Below the pieces are notes generated by a model that saw only the letters and a program-made list of their open reading frames with translations, had not been told where the DNA came from and searched no databases. DNA of 64,000 bases from Eledone cirrhosa. Its lineage: Eukaryota. The DNA lies in assembly GCA_964016885.1 (NCBI GenBank), contig OZ024743.1, positions 347,200,001 to 347,264,000 of the forward strand, given 5' to 3'. Positions within the stretch are counted from its first letter, which is position 1; the number at the start of each line of letters is the position of its first letter. Of this stretch, positions 54,121-64,000 are shown piece after piece. Made by a program: the position numbers and the translations under genes.

Positions 54121-55152
54121 CATGGATTCTTTATGAGCCACACAGGGCTGACATTAAGCAAAAAATAAAGATGGAACAGGGCGATGCAAATTGTATTTTT
54201 CTGAGAGTGGCCACCCAGTAAAAAAAGTGAGATTTATCTGACTAGTTTCTAATCTTCTTTGTCTTTCATTGGTAGAAGAATACACAGCTTCTCTCCGCAG
54301 ATAAAACTGTAGATAGAATATAGGTACAGAAACAGATAAACTGGTCAATCTAATTTGAATGATAGAGCATGCGCTGGAACTGGGTTTAATTAATCATTTA
54401 ATTAGTTATTTACACACTACATAACAAATTTGTTTTATGATTTCAAATGTAAATCAATATAACTTTTGATATACATCATTTTATTCCGACATCAAAATCT
54501 GATTCAAATTATTACAGCAGAGACTTTTTTGTAGATTTACGTGAGGCCCCTTACGTAGCATTTCATAATATCCAAAAATTATATGTAGTGCATTCTTAAT
54601 TAATTTACCCATTTATATTTCAACCCTTCATACCCAGCCCTCGTAAAAAAAGTGTGTATTCTTATATGAATTGTGCTTAGAAAAACAGAAAGGGTAGTCA
54701 TGGTTAGAAAGAATTTATTCATAGATTTACTCAAACAGAACCAACTTTGAGCTAAACAACCACTCCAACTATGACGCTCTTATTTCCCACTATCAATCAC
54801 CTAGAGTAAATGACATGGCCATGACCTATCATTCATCAATTATCCATGTAGAATCCTTACTCTGACGTTCACAATCCCCACTACCATAACGACCACGAGC
54901 GTCAGCATCAATAGCAGCACCCATACCACCACCACCACCACAACCACCATAACCCCCTATCATATCCAGTATATCTGTGACTACCACCCACTATAAAACA
55001 TCAAATTCTACACCACTACGGTATTAATAAAACAGCACCCTCCTCAAAACTGCCTCTACCAAGAGATCACATACCTAATTCCACCACTTCCACCATAGTC
55101 ACAACTACCATCAGCATTCTTCACAGCCACTGCATCACCAACATCATTATCA

Positions 55153-55338
55153 GCGGTGGATTGGCAGTATCAGTAGAGAGTCGGACACCATGCTTTGCAG
55201 CATAGAGTTACATCCCTTTATGATCTGAGCTCAAATCCTGCCGAGGTTAACTTTGCCTTTCATCCTTACGGGGTCGATAAAATAAAGTACCAGTAATGTA
55301 CTGAACTTGCTGGCCTTGTGCCTAAAATAGAAACAATT
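55153..55338 (+). mobile_element. tRNA-derived SINE
   Basis: Full-length consensus match. Confidence 0.9.
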
Positions 55339-57333
55339 CTCAACACCAATAACAACAACACTCACAAGTATCATCACCAACAGCAAAACCAAAACGAACA
55401 TCACTAGCATCATCACCACAATCACCAACAACACGCACCACCATCATCACAAAGACCAATACAAACCACAACACTCACTACTGTCAGCAGCAACACGATC
55501 ACCACAACCAACCACCACTACCATCACGTCTAGCACCATCACCCCACCACCACCACCACCACCACCACCACCACCACTACCGCCGCCAGCAATAGGATCA
55601 ATCATTCTATCAATCAAAAAATATCTCGGCAAATTGTTCACATCCTGCTAGGGATAATAATAATTTGTTATTCATATAAAAGGCCAATTTGTTCCTGTTG
55701 TTTAGCTGCATGTCAGAGCGGACCCAGTAGACATCTGAGATCAAAGAGGTTTCAATCATGGCTACCCACTCCGTTTATAAGGGTATCGATAAAATAAATA
55801 TATATCGAGAGTCGTGGATTGCTGGAATTGTTAGAGATTCAAATGAAATACTTTGCCGTATTTGCTTTGGCTTTTTTCGTTCTGAATTGGAATCCCGCCG
55901 TGGCTTACTTCAGTGGTAGTGTTAATCTGAGGCTCAGTTTAACACAAGTACCTCGTCATTGGGTGCCTTTAGCGGAATCCATACCGTTGCAAGCATTCTT
56001 ACTAGGTAACCATTTTGCTAATGAATTCCAGCCATCCTCCAGAATATATCGGACACTCTGAAATGGGTTATGGGCACTGATTTTAAACCTTGTCAAAAAA
56101 TAAAAATAAAAAAAACCTGCCATCATTATGTAAGATCTAGGAACAAAGGCGTTCCTGCAATGGCAATCCCACCTGTTAGTCAGTCGTCGGTTATCTAATA
56201 TTACATTATATAATTTTGAAAACAAATTGTGAGTTAAAGGAAATTTGTCTGCTATTTTTAGCAGATTCACAAACCACTATTTATAATGATGGTAGTGATG
56301 TGGATGGTCGTGCTGTTCACGATGGGGATGATGGTGTTGATGATATTGTTGATGTTGGTGTGCTGGTTCTGATATCATGGTGGCTATGGTGATGGTGATA
56401 GTGGTGCCGGTGGGTCTGCTGGTGGTCCTGATGGTGATAATGGTGGCAATATAAGTGATGTTTGTGGCTAGGGGCGGTGTTAATAGTTGTGGCGATGGTG
56501 ATGATTGTAACAGTGATAGTTGTGGTGTTGCTGGAGGGAGTGACGGTTGGTGATAGTGATCATGGAGAAGCCGGGGTCGTGGTGGTGGTGATAGTGTTGT
56601 TATTGATGTCTGTGCTAAAAGCGACGGTGATGTAGGCTGGTGATATTTGTGGTGATTAAAGTAGGCACACTGATACGGGTATGAGATTATTGTTCCGAAT
56701 TATTGGTCATTTGACACTATAACATGCTTCCGGTCACTTTGACCTTTCAGTTTAATTTTGCTATTGTGATGAAGTATGAGGAGAGGTATAGATATATAGC
56801 GAGATGTAGATGATGTGAGTGAGTAAGTGGTGTGTGTGAGGGAGAGAGAGAGACCGTGTGTTTGTATATGTGAGAGAGAAGATGAACGGTTGTACATTCG
56901 CAGGAATAAGTCAAATTTTATTTTGCTTAGCTCTGATCCCCCCCCCCCTCCTCTTTCACTCGCTATCTCTCTCTCTCACTCCCCCCTCTCTATTTCTCTC
57001 TCTCTTACTCCTTCTTTCTCTCTGGAGCAAAGTCATGCGCTAATAAAGTAACAGATTTAGTAAAGAAAAAAAAGTTTATAAAACATTTAAACGCGTTTTC
57101 CGTTTTTTGTCTTCGCATACCTTTATACATATCAGGTTAAATTGTTTTAAATAAATTAGCTTCTTTTATAGTATTTAAATATAATATGAGGCTTTCCTCC
57201 CTTGACATTTTTCTGTGACGTTTTCTTGATTCAAAGAGAAATGCGATATGTTTTCATTCATCTGTATAAATTTTATGGAGAAGATAGTTACATAGGTAGA
57301 TAGAGAAATACATGGATTCATATATATGTAAGT

Positions 57334-57700
<367 letters not shown>

Positions 57701-57712
57701 TATATTTATATA

Positions 57713-58277
57713 TTTCGTTTCTGAATTAGTTTAGCAAGATTCTTTATCTGAAAACGTGTGTTGAAACCGATATTGTTATACTTTGGTAGGGTCATGTTGC
57801 CAATAAGAAACACACGCACCACTTGTTTCACTTCAATTTATTATAATAATTTTATAAATTTAGGAATTTATTAATTTCTGGTTGGTTGGTTCCACAACCA
57901 GATGATTGTTTATATATTGTCAAAGTTCTTTCGTCACACATTCTGTGACTGGGGATTCTTTTCTTTGTTTTTGTGCCTATCCTTTGTTCTGTCCTACGCC
58001 ATATTGTTACGCACACACAAAAACAAGATGGCGTAGGACAGAACAAAGGAGAAGCACAAAAACAAAGAAAATAATCCCCAGTCACTGAAGAGGTCACATA
58101 ATGTGTGACGAAAGAACTTTGACAATATATAAACAATCATCTGGTTGTGGAACCAACCAACCAACCAGAAATTTATAAATTGCTAAATTTATAAATTTAT
58201 TATAATAAATTAAAGTGAAAGCATATGGTGCGTGTGTTTCTTATTGGTAACATGACCCTCCCAAAGTATAACAATAT
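57713..58277. mobile_element. Penelope-like element, palindromic insertion (third copy)
   Basis: Same family as the 32811 and 36381 copies. Tail at 57713-57769; arms diverged; left-arm HHR core deleted. Confidence 0.88.
58081..58123 (+). ncRNA. Minimal type-I hammerhead ribozyme
   Basis: GTCA CTGAAGA G GTCACA TAATG TGTGAC GAAA GAAC TT TGAC. Confidence 0.8.
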
Positions 58278-58291
58278 ATATATATATATAT

Positions 58292-58355
<64 letters not shown>

Positions 58356-60327
58356 ATGTGTTCATAGATATCATTCTTTATTTATTTATTATTCTTTTTT
58401 TATGGGTTCATAGATAGATAGGAAGATAGATATATAGATAGAGGCCCACTTCACATTTATGATTAAGGATTATTAAGTGTCATTAAGCGAGTAGGGGAGA
58501 ATAAGGAAAACAAAGTGTCATAAATATATTGTAAAACGGAAGAAAATAAGTGCGCGAATAGATAAAAAGCGCAGGGTGAAGAAAATAAACTACACAGTGG
58601 AAGAAGAAATATTGGTAGAGCGACAGAATTAGACTTGCCCTTTTACCTTCTGATACATTGGGTCTACATAGTATAAGTTCCATTGCCTGGTACTGGTTTG
58701 GACAAGGGTGTTTTTGGTGGAAGAACAGGAGTCCATGGAAAACAAGCAACTCCCTCCACTCCCATCTTCATATCACCAATGTTGTGAAAGAAAAAGGCAA
58801 ATCACGATATAGCTAAATCTATGAATCGCAAAAGAAATTAATTGTTGCAATTAACGCATTAACGATTCCACCAATCCACGCAAAATAAAAGATGAATTTA
58901 ACCCCTGTGATTATATAAACGGAATTAGCTTCATGTTAAATTAACATGTCAGCAGTTGAATATTAAACGCATATGTACACTCTTAACGAAATTCTCAGGG
59001 AGATTCCGTGTTACATTTGTGTAACAATGCTGGATCCGTATCTGCCGTCTATTTGGACGGGGTTCTACATGGTTTTCATGGTTTTCATCAACTCAGGCTT
59101 GGGTGTAACTGCTGCTATGTTAAAATACATTTAACAAAGGCTGCCACGTAACAGGGTTGATCCCGAAGCTCATGACGACGAAGCAAATTATTTAACCAGA
59201 TGGTTATGACTGAGTTCATTATATATGAATATGAAAAATGTGGAGTCACAACACAGTTGATGTTCTAAAGAATGAGAGAGCCAAGGAGATAAATGACCTC
59301 AGTACGCAACTGGTACTTCATTTTTCGATTGAAAGACAAAGTTGATATCGGCAGGATTTGAACGCCGGGTGTAGGATGGCAAGAAATACCGAGACATTTT
59401 TAATCCGCCGCCTTAATGGCTAATTCACCGCATTTTATTAATATACCAATACATTAATAGTTTAAAGTTGTACATCTAGATATATACAACGGCTCAATTG
59501 CTCCTATTGTAATTCAGATAACCCCAATGCTTAAATTCTCTTCAAATTAAAGTTAAGCTCTCTGCTTCAACAATTCCCCTCATTCTCTACAAAAAATGTA
59601 ATCATCAACAACGCAAATATCCATCAATATTTACTCCTCCTTGCCCATCTCCACCACATCTTCCTTTTCTCCTTCATCTACACCATCGTCATCATCATCA
59701 TCATCATCATTATAATCATTATAACCTCAACATCATCACTGTTGTCACTGCCACCAACCCCATCGCCAACTTCAACAACCATTATCGTCATCATTATCAT
59801 CATTAACAACATCATCTTCATCATCATCCACGTCAATACTAGACTGATTTTCTTCGAAATGCTATTTATTAGTAAATGGAAAAGTGTAATGTTATCGATT
59901 ATAATGTGGAAGGGAAGCTGGTTGGTGTGGTTCGATGATATTTGGAAGTGTACTCTGATGTGTAGGTTGATGTACAATGTATGTGTGGTTATATTGGTGT
60001 ACACTCAAGCTCGCGCCTGTAATGGATGTAGATGACAGGATAGTGTGAACGACATGTTATATAAGAGCAAGGTAGGAGGGAAGTAGTTGGGTAGAGAAGA
60101 ACAGTATTGACCAATCAGAAACGAGAGTTGCTTGCTGGACATGGCTTGATATCCTGTCAGAAACAATCCCTCTGAAATGTAATCTATGAATGGTCAATAT
60201 TTACCAAACATTGGTTCTATGAACTTTCACAAATGTTTCATTATTACCAACAAGTGAAGTCTTGAAAATCGATTACAAAGATAGATTGTATTCTATATAT
60301 CATACATTTTTGTTCTTCTATTTCTCC

Positions 60328-60395
<68 letters not shown>

Positions 60396-60450
60396 ATCCC
60401 CTGTGGCTAATAAAGAAACATATCTATCTATCTATATATCTATCTATCTA

Positions 60451-60496
<46 letters not shown>

Positions 60497-60498
60497 AA

Positions 60499-60538
<40 letters not shown>

Positions 60539-62139
60539 GAGGGGGGGGGAGAAAGAGGGGTAGTGGGTTTGTTCATCTATATGTTTAATTCCCACTCTCT
60601 GCTATATATGATTCTTTGAGTTTGAAGTAAGGGAAACATACACACTGGCACAAGCATACGTACACACACTCACACACAGACATAAATATTCTGTTGCAGT
60701 TATACTGCAACATTCTCTCCACGTGTGTAGTGGATTATATCGTTGACCCGGGTAATTATTTCATCCTGATACATATTTTGGAGATTTCTATATTCGAACT
60801 ATAAAGCAACGAGAAGTAAAAATGCACAATAGATAAAATATCGATTTTTAGACTGGTGTAAAAATGAACTTCCTCTATCTTTTTCTCTCCGACATACACA
60901 CACATACACCATCACACATGCATATATATATATTTCGTTTAGCATATATCACTTACAAGCTGTTGGTTTACTTGAATCTACATTAGAAGACACTAGCCCA
61001 AGGCGCCAGAGAATGGGTCCAGCCCACAAAAACGTAATCTTAATCAAAAGATCTTAAGTTCGATACCACTACGAGGCATTTTTGGTAACTGTTTTTACTA
61101 TAACCTTGAGTTGACTTATAGCCTTGTCGGTGACGTTGGAGAGGCGGAACTTCTGTGAAACCTCACCAGGTTTAATTGTAATTTAAGCGTCGACAAGATT
61201 TGCCAGACATTGTGTTACTCTGATCCAACTTTAGTATTATATTAAAAAAAAGTGGGGCCTTCAGAATACACAGCAATTCAATAAGTATGTCACTCAATTC
61301 TTCAAAACCAAATTTTGAGACTGTCACATTATACAACATTGAACTCTATAATAAATGATATAGAGAGTGTTATGAAAGCCGGTACAATGGGTATAGAAAT
61401 ATATAGATGGAACTGGGGTAAAAAGGATGACAAAACAGAAAATAAAGTTCTATTCTACATATTTCATCATTATATTTCAAGGTAAAGACATGCTTTTCGT
61501 TTTTTCACAGCCTTTCTATCATTATATTCCTATCCGTGTTGTACCGACTTTAGAAATACTCTTTATTATATATTACATAACTCAGAATGCATTTAATAAA
61601 ATATCAAGACGTCTATAATAAAGAATATTTGATATACGCAAACAATATCTGAATATTATCCTTAAGATATAAATTAGATTTAGATAAAACTATGATCTAA
61701 CAAATAATGAATTTCATGTTTATATACCTTGAGGTTATTACAAAACGGCAACATACGTGTTTGTCCGTGAGAGAATATGTTCATATTATGGTCTTCGGGC
61801 GTGTTGCTGAATTTTCGAATATATGAGTTGAGTTCTAATATGTTTAAGTTGTTTCAATAAATAGTTCTCGTATTAGCTTTTCAGCAACCTACAGAAATAC
61901 ACATACTTTCACTTGTCACCTCCCCTCTAATCGTGGTAAACAAATAGATAGTTGGTTAGAGAGTTGAAGTGAAACTAGAAATGGAGTGTGCAAAATAATG
62001 GATGTGGTAAACGGCTGAAAGAAATGCGTACTCAATAACGGAATAGTGTATAAATAGTCAATTTATATAAACAGATCCACTATTCAGCCTTAATAAAATG
62101 AATATACATACATACATGAATATATATACATACATACAT

Positions 62140-63340
62140 CCCTTTTAACCTCGTCCACCGTATAACCTCTTTCACCATAGCCATAACACATAGGAAAACC
62201 GCCTCTCCCTCGTTTTGGAAGGGGGATGGCGGTTTGATCATGACAATGGACTTGGTGGTCAACTGGATTGGTTCCACCCGCGACAATAGTCGTTCTACAT
62301 AGCCCCACAGGTCGGTAACGCCCGGGCAGTGTACAAATGCGTGCGCGACTGTTTCCTCGTCGCGCACGCATCTCGGACAGATCTTTTTCGAAGGATCCCT
62401 AACCGGGCGCCCGTGTCTGTAGAGCTTGTCTCGAACTGGTTGAGTTCCTCAGTAGCACTGCCAGACCAGAGACTTTTGGAAGCTGTCCATTGGTCCCGGG
62501 CGGAATGTCCTACCGAACAGACTGGCCAGTTCGTCTTCCTCTACGCCTAGAGTTTCTCCGAGCGCATCGTCGCACTTGCTGCGGACCAACACTCCAGAGA
62601 ATGTCGAAGTCGAGTCTCCACTGATCGCCGGGTCCGTTTGCCAGAGGACTGTGAGAGCCTGAGCATATTCGATGTGCCAGTCGCCCATTTTCCTCGGTGT
62701 TTGCTTGACCCAGGACTGCAGCTCGGTCAGCGAGACGAGTCGTGGGAAGGCTCGCCTCACGAACGGAGCCCACACCTGTTGTCCGGTGAGGAATACGTGG
62801 AGGTGCCGCAGCCTGAGCGCGTGTTTGCGCATCGTCAGACACGGCATCCCCAGCCCTCCGTTTGAAGGGTGTTGGCAGCAGATGGATCTTCTCACCAAAG
62901 GCGCCCGTTTCTTCCAAAGAAATTGGAAGAGCGCGCGCTCCATTTTAGTGAGCGTTTTGGCTGGACAGGGCACGACGCTCAAGCGGTAGCAGATGACAGA
63001 CACTATAAAAGTGTTCGCCATCTCCGCTCGACCTTTCAAGGATAGTTTGCACTCGGTCCACTTCAGGGTGAGCGCAAACAACTTGGCCGTCACCTCGTTC
63101 CAGTTTTTCTCCACCTGGAGGTCTGGACCAAACCAGACCCCGAGTAGCTTTACTGGTCCTTCAGTCCAGCGTCCGACGACGCCATCGGAAGGCATCGGTT
63201 TGCCTCTCCACGTTCCGAGTTGCAAACCGAAGGATTTGTCCCGGTTCAGCTTCGCTCCTGAGAACCTTTCGTATTCCTCCAGTAAGGTGCCGACCTCCCC
63301 GATTTGCGAGGTGTTCGACACCATTACTGTCTCGGACACT
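62140..63340 (-). mobile_element. Tx1-clade ORF2 internal/3' fragment (RT thumb to zinc finger)
   Basis: SGAKLNRDKS, VKLLGVWFG, LSLKGRA, GGLGMP, DEETVAHAFVHCP; colinear with 24650-25815. Confidence 0.9.
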
Positions 63341-63376
63341 TTAAAATGGGTCCGTCGAGCTGCCGATTATTGAGTC

Positions 63377-63433
63377 GGGTATGATCGATACAGATCGAAC
63401 CTTGAGCTGATCAGTGGCGAAACGCGCGTCACC
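63377..63433 (+). ncRNA. Degenerate hammerhead-like motif
   Basis: GGT ATGATCGA TACAGATC..GATCAGT GGC GAAA CGCGCG TC ACC. Palindromic stem III with GUC is intact; the first core box is mutated. Confidence 0.45.
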
Positions 63434-63586
63434 TACCAATAAATGTAATGAAGGAGTAACTAATCATACTTGTTATCCTTTCAATATATTACACTCTGTA
63501 TAGCTATACACCACAACACAGAAGTGAACCTAAACATCGAGTGCTCACCCGGGTGAACCTGCAGTAACTCCAAGTTACACTCCCTA

Positions 63587-63629
<43 letters not shown>

Positions 63630-64000
63630 TTATATATATATATATGTGTGTGTGTGTGTATGTGTGAGTGTGTGTTTGATTGTGTGCGTGCGCGCGTGTG
63701 TGTGTGATAATAATTCTCAAACGATTTCATAGCATAGGACCGAAAAACCTTCGATCGCTTTCCCTCTCACTCAATGCTTTAAATCACTGGTTCTCAACAC
63801 ATTTAGGCCCAAAATGTCCCTGGAAATCACGAAACGCCCCCTACCATATTTTTCCATTTTTCAATATACTACTGATTTAGATTACTAAAAAAATTGATTA
63901 ACAATATTCCAAAGATACCATTGCAGGCAAGCTGAGAGTATAAATACATTCCTTGAAAGGAAATATAGAAATGTCCAAAAAAAGGAACATAAATGTTCTT

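Noticed and set aside
54840-56660. ACC-rich and GGT-rich tracts as an inverted repeat or mucin-like exons
   Set aside because: Degenerate trinucleotide low-complexity DNA with no alignable arms or sustained ORF.

Overview
AT-rich, microsatellite-dense animal genomic DNA. The SINE families suggest a cephalopod (octopus-like) origin; this is inference. No host protein-coding gene can be supported, and almost all ORFs in the track are (TA)n/(TG)n/(TATC)n artefacts or transposon-derived. Recognisable mobile elements: a young 5'-truncated R4/Dong-type RLE LINE (RT + zinc knuckle + PD-(D/E)xK nuclease, ~750 open codons), one near full-length dead Tx1-clade LINE plus two fragments, several decayed RTE-clade LINEs, two Tc1/mariner remnants and many tRNA-derived SINEs. 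The most striking unannotated signal is about 18 minimal type-I hammerhead ribozyme (HHR) motifs, some degenerate, spread across several unrelated repeat families that mostly sit in (TA)n tracts. One family carries the C-terminus of a Penelope-like (PLE) GIY-YIG endonuclease, and another is a 430-nt tandem retrozyme-like array. At least seven families share one asymmetric fold-back architecture: (TA)n - unpaired tail - arm - turn - inverted arm - (TA)n.
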